A stretch of DNA of 63,256 bases, the filler included. It is 8 parts of 8 records of this genome, joined end to end, with 100 filler letters (N's around TTAATTAATTAA, not from the genome) between each part and the next. Parts side by side here need not be neighbours in the genome. Positions count along the whole stretch, not along the records: positions 1 to 16,536 come from SRR20825010_6620; positions 16,637 to 28,149 come from SRR20825010_6623; 6 more parts are not named here. The stretch is one strand, 5' to 3'. The translations under genes and the position numbers were made by a program. Shown here piece by piece: positions 8,177 through 19,021 of the stretch. Position 1 is the stretch's first letter. The number at the start of each line of letters is the position of its first letter. Below the pieces are notes generated by a model. The model saw only the letters and a list, made by a program, of their open reading frames with translations. It searched no databases and had not been told where the DNA came from.

Positions 8177-9354
8177 ACAATTCCCAATTCCGAATACGGT
8201 AGAAACGCAGTAACTCGCTGGTAGCCAAACTTGCGCAAATCAATGGTTTGATAGGTTCCATGAAGGATCAGCTCTGCAATTGACCGCCCCGCTGCCGGGG
8301 CATGCATCATTCCATGGCCCGAAAACCCTGCTACTGTGTACAGGTTTGGAAGAGAATCGTTCCATGGACCGATGACTGGGTTGCCATCAAATTCATTTTG
8401 TTCATACAAACCAGACCAACTGCGATCACATTTGGCAGTCGCCAACACCGGAAAACGATGCGCCACAGCAGGTTTTACAACCCGCTCAAAATACCCATGA
8501 TCAATTTCAAAATTAAATCCGCGCGGGGCATGGCTGTTGACCAGCCCGCCTGAAAATCCTTCCCCGTCAGACCTGAACGCCAACCTGGACAATTCTTTGA
8601 CGTAAGGGATTTTTTCCATCGAAGAGCCCGCTGTGAAATGGTGCTCCAGGCGTGGCAAGGGCTTAATGGGCAAAGGCATGTCAAAACAAGCCGCCACCTC
8701 GCCTGCCCAGGCGCCGGCAGCATTCACGAAGGCATCCGCGCATAGCGCACGCCCATCATCCAATACGATCGACTGAACCCTGAACCGTGCCAAATTCGCC
8801 GCCACCACCCGTGCGCGAATATACTGAGCACCCAATTCCACTGCTTTTCGGCGAAAGCCCCACAACAACCCATTTGGGTTACACCAGCCGTCATGCGGAG
8901 TCAGCGCCCCAAGCCCCACATCAGACACATTCATGGAGGGAAAACGATTTTTCAATGCTGCGGAATCCAGCAACTCAACCACACAACCATGTTGCTGTTG
9001 AATGCGAACATTTTTTTGCAATGCCTGGATGTGTTCAGGAGGAACAAGAAACAGGTAACCGTCCTCCACCCAGTCTGCATGCGCCGGGTGGCTCTCGGTG
9101 CCCATGACGGCATCGAACTTCTTGATGAATTCAATGCTGTAAAGTGACATGGCAATGTTCTCGGGGCAGGTAAACTGCACGCGACAACCACCTGAGGCAC
9201 GGGGGGTTGATGCGAATTCATAGCCGGGATCAGGCTCGATCACGGCGACCGACAGGTGCGGATCAGCCTGCAGCAAGTGATATGCCACGCTGGAACCCAC
9301 AATGCCCCCGCCAATAACAGCGACATCAAACCGGGACAATTCAGATGCATGCAT
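8173..9354 (-). CDS. FAD-dependent oxidoreductase (DAO / sarcosine oxidase beta / FOXRED1-like)
   Basis: VIGGGIVG dinucleotide fold, STPRASGG, VNAAGAW, GFSGHGMMHAPA. Confidence 0.9.
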   Translation of the reverse strand: MHASELSRFDVAVIGGGIVGSSVAYHLLQADPHLSVAVIEPDPGYEFASTPRASGGCRVQFTCPENIAMSLYSIEFIKKFDAVMGTESHPAHADWVEDGYLFLVPPEHIQALQKNVRIQQQHGCVVELLDSAALKNRFPSMNVSDVGLGALTPHDGWCNPNGLLWGFRRKAVELGAQYIRARVVAANLARFRVQSIVLDDGRALCADAFVNAAGAWAGEVAACFDMPLPIKPLPRLEHHFTAGSSMEKIPYVKELSRLAFRSDGEGFSGGLVNSHAPRGFNFEIDHGYFERVVKPAVAHRFPVLATAKCDRSWSGLYEQNEFDGNPVIGPWNDSLPNLYTVAGFSGHGMMHAPAAGRSIAELILHGTYQTIDLRKFGYQRVTAFLPYSELGIV

Positions 9355-9440
9355 AGAAATTCACATTCGAGAAGCTGCAAGGAAAAAGTGTGCCGCTTCA
9401 TATTGAATGCTAAGGAATGAAAATTCAAGGATCACAAACA

Positions 9441-9477
9441 AAAACCCCCGAATGCGTTACCGCAAATCGGGGGTTTT
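9441..9477. terminator. Hairpin/terminator downstream of tRNA-Ser
   Basis: AAAACCCCCGA...TCGGGGGTTTT inverted repeat. Confidence 0.75.
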
Positions 9478-9482
9478 ACATC

Positions 9483-9573
9483 TGGCGGAGACGAGAGGAT
9501 TTGAACCTCCGATACCCTTTTGGGGTATGCTCCCTTAGCAGGGGAGTGCCTTCGACCACTCGGCCACGTCTCC
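9483..9573 (-). tRNA. tRNA-Ser(GCT)
   Basis: Reverse complement GGAGACGTGGCCGAGTGGTCGAAGGCA-CTCCC-CTGCTAA-GGGAG, long variable arm, GGTTCAAATCC, 3' GCCA; TATAAT just upstream. Confidence 0.97.
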
Positions 9574-9673
9574 AGAAGGCCGAATTATACACGGTTTCGG
9601 CCAAAATGTTGAATGCAGGCGCAAATCGCTTTCACGCGAATTGCACCGCACTCACACAGTAATTACTGCCAGT

Positions 9674-10930
9674 TCAAGCAGCGTCTTTTTCCAGGTCAAA
9701 AGCCTTGTGCAATGCTCGCACAGCCAGCTCCATGTACTTGTCGTCGATCAGTACGGACACCTTGATTTCAGATGTTGAAATCATCTGAATGTTAATACCT
9801 TCTTCTGACAAGGTTTTGAACATCAGGCTTGCCACGCCAACGTGTGAACGCATGCCAATGCCCACGATCGACACCTTGCAAACATTGGTGTCACCGGCCA
9901 CTTCACGCGCACCCACACTGCCCTGAATCTTGTTCTGCAACAAATCCATGGTTTTGTTGAATTCATTGCGGTGCACGGTGAATGTAAAGTCGGTGGTGCC
10001 GTCAGAACCCTGGTTCTGAATGATCATGTCCACGTCGATATTGGCTTCGGCAACCTGACCCAGAATTTGGTAAGCCACGCCGGGCTTGTCGGGCACGCCA
10101 CGGATGGTTACTTTTGCTTCATCACGGTTGAAAGCGATACCGGAAACAACAGCTTGTTCCATATGTTCATCTTCCTCAAAAGTAATCAAGGTGCCAGACA
10201 CTTTTTCTTCGTCCAGCGACATCATTGGGTCGGTCAGGCTTGAAAGCACGCGGGTAGGCACGCGGTATTTGCCCGCGAACTCAACAGAGCGAATTTGCAG
10301 TACTTTCGAGCCTAGCGAGGCCATTTCCAGCATTTCTTCAAACGACACCACACGCATGCGACGCGCTTCCGGCACCACGCGGGGGTCGGTGGTATACACA
10401 CCGTCTACATCGGTATAAATAAGGCATTCAGCCGCACCCATGGCTGCGGCAATTGCCACGGCGGAGGTATCAGAGCCGCCACGGCCCAGCGTGGTTTGGT
10501 TGCCCGCTTCATCAATGCCCTGAAAACCGGTAATGATCACCACTTTGCCAGCATTCAGCTGGGCTTTCACGCGTGTGTCGTCAATCGACTCAATGCGCGC
10601 TTTAGAATGGCTGCTGTCAGTTTTGATGGGCACTTGCCAGCCAGAAAAGCTGATTGCATCAAGCCCCTCAGCCTTCAGTGCCATGGCCAGCAAAGCCACG
10701 GAAGCCTGTTCTCCGGTACAACACAGCATGTCCAGTTCACGGGGATCGGGTTCGGCCTGAATTTCCTTGGCCAGACCAATCAAGCGATTGGTTTCGCCTG
10801 ACATGGCAGACGGCACAACCACCATTTGAAAGCCCGCGCGATGCCATTTGGCGACACGCTTGGCTACATTCTTGATACGTTCTGTGGACCCCATGGAGGT
10901 GCCACCGTATTTATGTACTATCAGTGACAT
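9674..10930 (-). CDS. lysC: Aspartate kinase
   Basis: KYGGTS, TTLGRGGSD, TDVDGVYTTDP, two ACT domains. Confidence 0.97.
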   Translation of the reverse strand: MSLIVHKYGGTSMGSTERIKNVAKRVAKWHRAGFQMVVVPSAMSGETNRLIGLAKEIQAEPDPRELDMLCCTGEQASVALLAMALKAEGLDAISFSGWQVPIKTDSSHSKARIESIDDTRVKAQLNAGKVVIITGFQGIDEAGNQTTLGRGGSDTSAVAIAAAMGAAECLIYTDVDGVYTTDPRVVPEARRMRVVSFEEMLEMASLGSKVLQIRSVEFAGKYRVPTRVLSSLTDPMMSLDEEKVSGTLITFEEDEHMEQAVVSGIAFNRDEAKVTIRGVPDKPGVAYQILGQVAEANIDVDMIIQNQGSDGTTDFTFTVHRNEFNKTMDLLQNKIQGSVGAREVAGDTNVCKVSIVGIGMRSHVGVASLMFKTLSEEGINIQMISTSEIKVSVLIDDKYMELAVRALHKAFDLEKDAA

Positions 10931-10948
10931 AGTCAGATCGCCCTGCAC

Positions 10949-10978
10949 AAATAAAAAGCGCGAACCATTTCGCGCTTT
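10949..10978 (-). terminator. Terminator-like hairpin between purF and lysC
   Basis: Minus strand AAAGCGCGAA-ATGG-TTCGCGCTTT continuing TTATTT. Confidence 0.7.
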
Positions 10979-11021
10979 CTTATCAATAAGTTGAGCATTT
11001 TACCCCAAAATTCCGCCGCAC

Positions 11022-12536
11022 CTATTGATTGGCGGAATAACCCAGATTCATTTGCAGACCACCCGACTCCAAAACCTCGGGGTGCTTGCGCATGTATTCC
11101 AAACGATCCAGGTATTCGGTGGTTACATCGCCGGTAATGTAATGCCCATCGAAACAGCTTGCATCAAACGCCTGGATTGCTGGGTTCATGTCGCGCACGG
11201 CACGCTTCATGTCTTCAATGTCTTGATAAAACAAGGCGTCTGCGCCAATTTCTGCGCATATTTCGTCATCGGTGCGGCCAGATGCAATCAACTCATCGCG
11301 CGTGGGCATGTCAATGCCGTACACGTTGGGAAAACGCACAGGTGGCGCTGCAGATGCGAAAATTACCTTCTTGGCACCTGCTTCCCGGGCCATTTGCACA
11401 ATTTCACGGCTGGTGGTGCCACGAACAATTGAATCGTCCACCAACAACACGGTTTTGCCCTTGAATTCCACTGAAATGGCATTGAGCTTCTGGCGCACGC
11501 TTTTCTTGCGAACTGCCTGACCCGGCATAATGAACGTGCGGCCAATGTAACGGTTTTTGATAAAGCCTTCCCGGTATGGCACACCCAACTGGTTCGCCAA
11601 TTCCAAGGCCGCAGGACGGCTTGAATCGGGAATGGGCATGACCACATCAATTTCACTGGCAGGCATGCTCTTTCGGATATTGTCCGCAAGGTACTCGCCC
11701 ATTTTCACGCGGGCCTCGTAGACGCTAATGCCATCCATCACGGAATCAGGACGGGCCAGGTACACGTATTCGAAAATACAAGGGTTCAGCGATGTTTTTT
11801 CGGCGCATTGCTGCGCGTACATTTTCCCGTCCAAATCAACAAACACGGCCTCACCGGGCTCAATGTCGCGCACGAACTCGAAACCCATGCCCACCAAGGC
11901 CACAGACTCAGATGCAAACATGTATTCCGTGCCCTGCTCGGCTTCAGCCTTGCCCAATGCCAGGGGGCGAATACCAAACGGGTCGCGAAAAGCCAAAAGG
12001 CCATAACCTGCAATTTGCGCCACGCAGGCATAGGCACCCCGTGCGCGGGCATGAACACCCGCAACCGCGCGGAAAATGGTCGCCGGGTCGAGTGAATAAC
12101 CCGACGCATTGGACTGCAATTCATGGGCCAGCACGTTCAGCAACACTTCCGAATCAGAGTTGGTGTTGATGTGGCGGCGGTCGTTCTTGAACAGTTCAGC
12201 TTTCAGCCGTTCGCTATTGGTCAGGTTGCCATTGTGGGCCAACACCAAACCATAAGGCGCGTTCACATAGAAAGGCTGGGCCTCATCGGAACTGGCCGCA
12301 GAACCCGCTGTGGGGTAGCGCACATGACCAATGCCCATGTTGCCAGGCAAAGAACGCATGTTGCGGGTGCGAAACACATCGCGCACCAGGCCGTTGCCCT
12401 TGGACATTGAAAACGAGTTGCTGTGCGATGTGGCAATACCCGCAGCGTCTTGGCCGCGGTGTTGCAACAACAGCAAGCTGTCGTAAAGAATTTGATTAAC
12501 AGGAGAAAAACCGGCGATACCGACAATCCCGCACAT
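11022..12536 (-). CDS. purF: Amidophosphoribosyltransferase
   Basis: MCGIVG N-terminal nucleophile, [20 protein letters not shown]. Confidence 0.98.
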   Translation of the reverse strand: MCGIVGIAGFSPVNQILYDSLLLLQHRGQDAAGIATSHSNSFSMSKGNGLVRDVFRTRNMRSLPGNMGIGHVRYPTAGSAASSDEAQPFYVNAPYGLVLAHNGNLTNSERLKAELFKNDRRHINTNSDSEVLLNVLAHELQSNASGYSLDPATIFRAVAGVHARARGAYACVAQIAGYGLLAFRDPFGIRPLALGKAEAEQGTEYMFASESVALVGMGFEFVRDIEPGEAVFVDLDGKMYAQQCAEKTSLNPCIFEYVYLARPDSVMDGISVYEARVKMGEYLADNIRKSMPASEIDVVMPIPDSSRPAALELANQLGVPYREGFIKNRYIGRTFIMPGQAVRKKSVRQKLNAISVEFKGKTVLLVDDSIVRGTTSREIVQMAREAGAKKVIFASAAPPVRFPNVYGIDMPTRDELIASGRTDDEICAEIGADALFYQDIEDMKRAVRDMNPAIQAFDASCFDGHYITGDVTTEYLDRLEYMRKHPEVLESGGLQMNLGYSANQ

Positions 12537-12545
12537 TGAAAGCTC

Positions 12546-13037
12546 CTAGTAGCGCACCCACTTGGCCACACTTTCGGGCAAATGCGGTTTGATTTCTCGC
12601 ATCGCATCCACAGCCAAAGGGGACAACATGGCATCTCGCCAAAATGGCTGTTCCGGAAGCGAGGTAAAGCCCGCCCCGGTGACCAGCACCAACACAATAA
12701 ATAAACCACGGGCAAAACCGAAGGTTCCACCCAAGCCACGATCGGCAAAACCCAAACCTGCTGCTGCAACAATTTTGCCCAACAGGGAAATAAGGATGGC
12801 ACCCACAATCATGGATGCGAAAAATGCGGCGGCGCAGCCAATCAAAGCCTTCATGGGCGGGCTAAGCGATTCAGCCCAATCCATGTAAACGGCCAGGCCA
12901 GCACCATAACGGTTTGCAACCCAGAAGGCCAATACCCAATTGGCCAGAGAAAGCACTTCCTTGACCATGCCACGGAACATGCCCAACACGACCGACAGCA
13001 CGACGACTGCGATGACAACATAATCGAATATTGTCAC
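12546..13037 (-). CDS. cvpA: Colicin V production protein
   Basis: Hydrophobic; RGMVKEVLSL and DRGLGGTFG; lies between dedD and purF. Confidence 0.93.
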   Translation of the reverse strand: MTIFDYVVIAVVVLSVVLGMFRGMVKEVLSLANWVLAFWVANRYGAGLAVYMDWAESLSPPMKALIGCAAAFFASMIVGAILISLLGKIVAAAGLGFADRGLGGTFGFARGLFIVLVLVTGAGFTSLPEQPFWRDAMLSPLAVDAMREIKPHLPESVAKWVRY

Positions 13038-13720
13038 TGCACCACCCGCCCGGAAGTATAACCAGCAGCCGACAATTTGGCTTTTGTTTCATCCGCCTTC
13101 GATTGGCCTGAAATTGGACCGACCCGAACGCGATACACCGTGCCGTTTGCTGAGCTTGTAGACTCCACTTTTGCAGGGAATCCTTTACCACTCAATTCTT
13201 TGCTCAAGGCATCGGCCCGCGATTTGTCGCTGACTGCAGCCACTTGTACCCAAAACACCTCTGTTTTGGCGAAGGCCGCAATTGGATCTTCAGCAGCGGG
13301 CTTGGATTCGGGCTTGGGTTCTACTTTGGGTTCCAGCTTAGGTTCCGGCTTAGGTTCTACTTTGGGCTCTACTTTCGGCTCTGGCTTAGGCTCCACGGTG
13401 GGGGCAACAGGCGCAATGGCCACTGCCGCTTCCTGGTCAGCCTTGGGTGCCTCGAGTGCGGGCTGTGCCGGTTTTTGCGCAGCTTCGCTTTCAGCAGCGG
13501 CAGGAATTTCTGCGGAAGGCCGCTCAGGAACCACCAGCTCAACATCACTGGGTGTTTGTGAGGGTTCATTCTCAACCAGCGCAGGAACAATGATGATGGC
13601 GGCAAGAAACAATGCAATTGAACCCACCAATCGCCTTCTGGATCTGCGTTTTAACTCGTCAACGGGATCGTTGTTGACTTTGTTCCTGGCAGTAGAACGC
13701 GAATTTGAACTCACCTGCAC
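13034..13720 (-). CDS. dedD: SPOR-domain cell division protein
   Basis: RRRLVG + TM segment, PKVE/PKPE linker repeats, WVQV...YRVRVGP; GTG 13714 is an alternative start. Confidence 0.88.
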   Translation of the reverse strand: MQVSSNSRSTARNKVNNDPVDELKRRSRRRLVGSIALFLAAIIIVPALVENEPSQTPSDVELVVPERPSAEIPAAAESEAAQKPAQPALEAPKADQEAAVAIAPVAPTVEPKPEPKVEPKVEPKPEPKLEPKVEPKPESKPAAEDPIAAFAKTEVFWVQVAAVSDKSRADALSKELSGKGFPAKVESTSSANGTVYRVRVGPISGQSKADETKAKLSAAGYTSGRVVQ

Positions 13721-13732
13721 TCCTGAAATAAA

Positions 13733-15118
13733 TTAACCGGGACGTTTTCGAAGCGCTTCTTTGGCTTGCATGGCTTGCGCCACAACCAGGAAGGATCCAA
13801 AAACGAGAATTCTATCATTGGGCGGCACTGCAGAAGTGACCACCGCATACGCTTGGCTCACACTCTCGTAACTCTGCACACTTTTTTCAGGCGCTTGTTT
13901 CGCAATACCACCTTTGGCCAGTGCCTGCGAATTGGCAACCCAATCAAAAGAGGGTGAATCAACCCCCGCCAGCGCCAACTGCTGCATCAATTGCCCGGTG
14001 GTACGACCTCGATCGCCTTCCAGCGGCACAAGGTGCCAGTGGTCTACACGGTCTTTCAATGCCTTGACCACTTCTACAGCATCTTTATCGGCCAACATGC
14101 CAAAAATGCAATGGGTGTAGGGGAAAAACCCCATGTTGTCGAGGCTTTCCCGCAAATGCGCGGCAGCATGCGGATTGTGCCCAACGTCCAATACCACAGT
14201 GGGCTGACCCGGCAATACCTGAAAACGCCCTGGCCACTCAACCAGCAGAAAACCCTGACGGATGGACTGCGCGGGCACGGGCAAGCGTTCACGCACCGCT
14301 TCCAGCGCAGCCAGCGCGGCGGACGCATTCAACAACTGGTTGGTGCCCCGCAAGGCGGGGTAAGCAAGCGCGGCGCGGCGCATGTTGCGCCCACCATAGG
14401 CCCACTGTTGTTTGTCGCCGCTGTAGTTGAAGTCGCGGGCAAACAACCACAGGTCAGCACCAATGGCGTTGGCATGGTCAATCACGCTTTGCGGCGGTTT
14501 GGGATCGCCCACAATTGCAGGTTTTCCTGCGCGGAAAATACCAGCCTTCTCGCGGCCAATGCTTTCCCTGTCAGGTCCTAAAAAGGCTTGGTGATCAATG
14601 TCAATACTGGTACAGATTGCGCAGTCGGTGTCGAAAACATTCACGGCATCCAGACGCCCACCCAAACCAACCTCAAGTACCACTGCATCCAGGTCAAGCT
14701 GGGCGAAAACCCATGCAACAGCCAGCGTGGTGAATTCAAAATAGGTAAGAGATGTTGACGTGGCTGTGCGCGCATCTTCAACCTGCTCGAAGGCGGCGAT
14801 CAAATCATGTTCAGCCACCTCCTCGCCGTTGATACGGGCGCGCTCTGTGAAGCGGATCAGGTGCGGCGAGGTGTACATGCCGACCTTGTAGCCCGCCTGA
14901 ACCAGAATACTTTCAAGCATGGCGCAAGTTGAACCCTTGCCATTGGTGCCCGCCACGGTGAATACCACGCCTTTGAGCGAGAAATTCATGTGGTGTTGAA
15001 CCACCTTCACGCGGTCCAGCCCCATGTCGATGGGCTTGCTGTGTATTGACTCAAGATAGGCCAGCCAATCGTTCAGTGTGGCATCGGCCTGGGGTTTCAT
15101 TGGCATTTGTTCAAGCAC
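13733..15118 (-). CDS. folC: Dihydrofolate/folylpolyglutamate synthase
   Basis: AGTNGKGS, YTSPHL, LEVGLGGRLDA, WPGRFQ, DVGHNP; true start may be 15106. Confidence 0.96.
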   Translation of the reverse strand: MLEQMPMKPQADATLNDWLAYLESIHSKPIDMGLDRVKVVQHHMNFSLKGVVFTVAGTNGKGSTCAMLESILVQAGYKVGMYTSPHLIRFTERARINGEEVAEHDLIAAFEQVEDARTATSTSLTYFEFTTLAVAWVFAQLDLDAVVLEVGLGGRLDAVNVFDTDCAICTSIDIDHQAFLGPDRESIGREKAGIFRAGKPAIVGDPKPPQSVIDHANAIGADLWLFARDFNYSGDKQQWAYGGRNMRRAALAYPALRGTNQLLNASAALAALEAVRERLPVPAQSIRQGFLLVEWPGRFQVLPGQPTVVLDVGHNPHAAAHLRESLDNMGFFPYTHCIFGMLADKDAVEVVKALKDRVDHWHLVPLEGDRGRTTGQLMQQLALAGVDSPSFDWVANSQALAKGGIAKQAPEKSVQSYESVSQAYAVVTSAVPPNDRILVFGSFLVVAQAMQAKEALRKRPG

Positions 15119-15120
15119 TT

Positions 15121-15999
15121 TCAGGCAGCCTGATCAAGCTGCTTTTTCATCAGCAAGGCCAACAGGTTTGTCAGGGTTTTCTTCATTTCGCGACGGTCCA
15201 CGATGCAATCTACCGCACCCTTTTCCATCAAAAACTCGGCACGCTGAAAACCTTCGGGCAACGTTTGGCGAACGGTTTGCTCAATCACGCGGGGACCGGC
15301 AAAACCGATCAGGGCTTTGGGTTCGGCCACCACCACATCGCCCAAAAAGGCAAAGCTGGCAGACACACCACCCATGGTCGGGTCGGTCAGCACAGAAATG
15401 TATGGCAGTTTGGCCTGGCTCAACTTGGCCAGCATGGCGGAAGTTTTCGCCATTTGCATCAACGATCCCAAACCTTCCTGCATGCGCGCGCCACCGGATG
15501 CAGCAATGCTGATAAACGGCACCTTGGCATCCAGTGCGGCTTGTACGCCTCGGCAGAAACGCTCGCCAACCACGGAACCCATGGAGCCGCCCATGAAATC
15601 AAATTCAAAGCAGGCAATCACCACTTCCACGCCATTCATCACGCCTTTTTGAACCACCAATGCATCGGTCTCGCCAGTGGCTTCCTTGGCTTCGTTCAAA
15701 CGCGCTGTGTAGCTTTTGCTGTCTTTGAATTTCAGTGTATCCATGGGCGTGACTTCCTGCCCTATTTCCACACGCTCGTCGTTGTCGAACAGCAGGTTCA
15801 AGCGCTCTCGCGAACCAATTCGCATGTGGTAAGTGCACGATGGGCACACCATGGCGTTGCTGACCAGATCGTTTTGATACAAAACGGCATCACAGCTTTT
15901 GCACTTGGCCCAAATGCCTTCCGGCACGCTTTTTTTGGCCGCATCACCCGGTATTTTGGATGAAATGCGCGGTGGAATTATTTTGTCTAACCAACTCAT
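15121..15999 (-). CDS. accD: Acetyl-CoA carboxylase carboxyltransferase beta subunit
   Basis: CxxC...CxxC zinc finger, [27 protein letters not shown]. Confidence 0.98.
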   Translation of the reverse strand: MSWLDKIIPPRISSKIPGDAAKKSVPEGIWAKCKSCDAVLYQNDLVSNAMVCPSCTYHMRIGSRERLNLLFDNDERVEIGQEVTPMDTLKFKDSKSYTARLNEAKEATGETDALVVQKGVMNGVEVVIACFEFDFMGGSMGSVVGERFCRGVQAALDAKVPFISIAASGGARMQEGLGSLMQMAKTSAMLAKLSQAKLPYISVLTDPTMGGVSASFAFLGDVVVAEPKALIGFAGPRVIEQTVRQTLPEGFQRAEFLMEKGAVDCIVDRREMKKTLTNLLALLMKKQLDQAA

Positions 16000-16023
16000 A
16001 CACGTTTCCCTTGCTGAGGTTTT

Positions 16024-16536
16024 TTATTTTGCGCTGTATTGCGCATCAAGCGCAGCGCGAATCGGGGCAATGAACTTGCCCGCCAAAGCGGCGGCCTCTT
16101 GTGGGCTGCCTGCTTCCAGGGTTTGAATCAGGGCTGAACCAATGACCACAGCATCGGCAGACTGTGCAACACGACAGGCAGATTCCGCATCGCGAATACC
16201 AAAGCCAACGCCCACAGGTACATCTGTGTGTTGACGAATGGTGGGCAACTTGGAACTGACCTCTGATGCATTCAGGTTCTGCGCGCCGGTTACTCCTTTC
16301 AGTGACACGTAATACACGTATCCACTGGCGGCTTTGGCCACTTTTTCAATGCGATCATCCGACGACGTGGGTGCCAGCAAGAAGATGGGATCCAGCTCGG
16401 CAGCCCGCAGGTACTGGGCAAATTCAATGGACTCTTCGGGCGGGTAATCCACCACCAGAACGCCATCCACACCGGCTTTTTTAGCCTCGCTGACAAATTT
16501 TTCTATGCCCATGCGCTCGATGGGGTTGGCATAACC
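16024..16536 (-). CDS. trpA: Tryptophan synthase alpha chain, 5'-truncated
   Basis: [34 protein letters not shown]. Confidence 0.96.
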   Translation of the reverse strand, partial: GYANPIERMGIEKFVSEAKKAGVDGVLVVDYPPEESIEFAQYLRAAELDPIFLLAPTSSDDRIEKVAKAASGYVYYVSLKGVTGAQNLNASEVSSKLPTIRQHTDVPVGVGFGIRDAESACRVAQSADAVVIGSALIQTLEAGSPQEAAALAGKFIAPIRAALDAQYSAK

Positions 16537-16636
16537 NNNNNNNNNNNNNNNNNNNNNNNNNNNNNNNNNNNNNNNNNNNNTTAATTAATTAANNNNNNNN
16601 NNNNNNNNNNNNNNNNNNNNNNNNNNNNNNNNNNNN
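16537..16636. other. Artificial contig spacer
   Basis: N44-TTAATTAATTAA-N44 (stops in all six frames); composition changes across it. Confidence 0.99.
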
Positions 16637-17272
16637 AGTACCTTTTACCGTACCTGATACTTTTGATATGCCAATTCTTTTTTTATAACACACTGGTACT
16701 TCGGTATATGTAAAACCCTTTTTTAGAACCTTCAACTGCATTTCCACGGTCCAACCGTAGGTCTTATCCTCCATTTCCAGCTCCAAAAGCTTGTTGTACT
16801 TTATGGCCCTAAACGGACCCAAATCAGTATACGAAGCTCCAAAGAACCATTTCATTAAAGTGGTGGCCAAGGCATTTCCAAAAACCTGTTGTGGGGTCAT
16901 TGATCCTTCTTCCCTCAACGCCTTTGTCCTGGCCCCAATAACGAAATCCACATCGTTTTCCACTATGGGTTTTACCACTTTGGAAAGCTCTTCGGGATAA
17001 TCCGAATAGTCTCCGTCCATAAATACGATAATATCGGGTGTTTTGGATTGTTTGGAAATATAATTAATTCCCATAAGGCAGGCATAACCATATCCCATCC
17101 TATCCTCGGTGAGAACAGTGGCCCCGGCTCCCCTTGCATTCAGAGCCGTATCGTCCGTAGAATTATTATTTACAACAATAATTTCAGAAACATTTTTTGG
17201 GATCTCTTTTATGACATTCGCAATGGAATCAGCTTCATTGTAGGCAGGGATAATTACTTTTATATCGGTCAT
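16637..17272 (-). CDS. Glycosyltransferase family 2 (DPM1-like), 3'-truncated
   Basis: IIPAYNE, NNNSTD, GYGYA, FMDGD, TDLGPFRAI. Confidence 0.93.
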
Positions 17273-17352
17273 TAGCGTATTTGAAGGGTCATTCTTATTT
17301 ATCCAATATTACGTCTTGGGCATCCATAACTTTAACAGCCCAAAAAACAGCG

Positions 17353-17360
17353 CAAAGGTA
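17353..17360 (-). promoter_or_regulatory. Bacteroidota -7 promoter element upstream of GT2
   Basis: Minus strand TACCTTTG matches TAnnTTTG. Confidence 0.65.
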
Positions 17361-17431
17361 TCAATACTTTCATCAATCCAAGGAGCTCCCCCCATAGGAT
17401 TGCAACAATTATTTCAACACCCTCAAAAGGA

Positions 17432-19012
17432 TTATTTTTTATTGACCAGATCCATTAGATCAACATCGTTCCCCAACAGAATTTCAGTAGGGTTTATTCT
17501 TCCTTTTAGTGGTCCGTTTTCCAATTTTAGGACCCCTCTTGGACAAACCGCGGAACAAATACCGCAACCCACACAACTGGACCTAATAATGTTTTCCCCT
17601 TTTTGGGCGTAGGCCCTGACGTCTATACCCTGCTCACAGTAGGTAGAACAATTACCGCAGGAAATACATTGGCCCCCATTGGTGGTAATCCTAAAGCGCG
17701 ATTTAAAGCGCTGTACAAATCCCAAATAAGCCGCTAAGGGACAACCAAACCTACACCATACCCTATTTCCAAAAATGGGATAAAACCCGGTACCTATTAC
17801 TCCTGCAAAAAATGCACCGATCAATAGACTATAGGTATTCTGTACAGTCTGTGTTTTTAAACCCAACACCGTGCCAGACCCTGTAAAAAAACTATAGAGC
17901 GTCATCAAGGTCATTACCACGGCAAAGACCAATACCCCGTGCACCAACCATCTTTCCACTTTCCATGAAAAAAGGGATTTGCTGGAATGCTGCCTATAGG
18001 GATCCCCCAGGGTTTCGGCCAAGCCGCCACAACCGCACACCCAGGAACAGTACCATCGTTTTCCAAAAAAATAGACCATGACAGGCACTATTACCAAGGT
18101 AAGTGCAATACCCCAAACTAGAATAAAAAGTCCGATGCCCCCACTGTTCAACAAGGATTTTAAATTCCATTGAAAAAAGAAATCATAATCCAACGGAAAG
18201 GCATTTTTAAAATCGTAGTACGGCATTTGTAGCCTTACCATTATTTCCGGAATCAGAAAGGCAAAGACTATTTGAAAGAACAGGACCGAGGTTGTACGCA
18301 CCGTTTGATATATATTATGCCTATACTTAATATACATGCGCACGGCCATTACGGTCATTACCGTACAATACATAAACCCGTACACAAACCAATGTCCGGC
18401 AGGATTTCCGCTTAAAAATTCGCTGATGGGATCCACTAGGTATGTCCAGTTTACGGCATATTCCGAACGAAAATATAGTACCAAATAAAAGGAAACCAGA
18501 AAAACAAATACCATCCAGGCAATCCACCCCCTATTGGTGGCATTCTCATGGTAAATACCATTATTCTTAATCCCTTTTTTACCCAATAAAACTATATTGG
18601 GAACAATAAAAAGCAAGGACCCCAGTATTCCAAGACCGAAGGTCAAGAACCACATAAGCCCCTTGTTTTCCACAACAAAACCATTTCCCGAGACTTTGCC
18701 CACTGCGGCGGCCATATCATGCGCCCCCGTATAAATTATCTTTTTATATTCCTTCTCTTTTCTATGCTGGGCATTGGTTGCTTCAAGAATCTGGGTTATT
18801 TGGGGCGATAAAGAAAGCATGCCATGGAACTCTTGCCCCACCACATCTTCTTGAATACGCTGAATAAAGAGTTCGCTCGAAATTCCCTTTTCCTGAATTA
18901 TTTGCTCCAAAGCTGCAGGGGTTACCTTAAAATCACCCATAAAAGGCAAAATGGTAAATATGGTAAGACCGATTAAAAAAATGAAAAGCCCTATTTTTTT
19001 TATTATTTGCAT
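17432..19012 (-). CDS. Membrane-bound 4Fe-4S polyferredoxin (NapH/RdxA-like)
   Basis: Many TM helices, YCSWVCGCG, WCRFGCP, CISCGNCSTYCE, CVGCGICSAVCP. Confidence 0.9.
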   Translation of the reverse strand: MQIIKKIGLFIFLIGLTIFTILPFMGDFKVTPAALEQIIQEKGISSELFIQRIQEDVVGQEFHGMLSLSPQITQILEATNAQHRKEKEYKKIIYTGAHDMAAAVGKVSGNGFVVENKGLMWFLTFGLGILGSLLFIVPNIVLLGKKGIKNNGIYHENATNRGWIAWMVFVFLVSFYLVLYFRSEYAVNWTYLVDPISEFLSGNPAGHWFVYGFMYCTVMTVMAVRMYIKYRHNIYQTVRTTSVLFFQIVFAFLIPEIMVRLQMPYYDFKNAFPLDYDFFFQWNLKSLLNSGGIGLFILVWGIALTLVIVPVMVYFFGKRWYCSWVCGCGGLAETLGDPYRQHSSKSLFSWKVERWLVHGVLVFAVVMTLMTLYSFFTGSGTVLGLKTQTVQNTYSLLIGAFFAGVIGTGFYPIFGNRVWCRFGCPLAAYLGFVQRFKSRFRITTNGGQCISCGNCSTYCEQGIDVRAYAQKGENIIRSSCVGCGICSAVCPRGVLKLENGPLKGRINPTEILLGNDVDLMDLVNKK

Positions 19013-19021
19013 CTTAAAATC

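Noticed and set aside
13310-13395. 12-bp-period repeats in dedD
   Set aside because: Encode the ordinary PKVE/PKPE proline-rich linker of SPOR proteins
15046-15963. 305-aa ORF antisense to accD (likewise 53339-54316, 33184-34080, 61597-62742)
   Set aside because: Mirror frames of well-conserved genes with no independent motifs
17272-17336. Two tiny upstream ORFs (MDAQDVILDK, MTLQIR) before GT2, the second overlapping its start
   Set aside because: Too short to distinguish from chance in AT-rich DNA without conservation data
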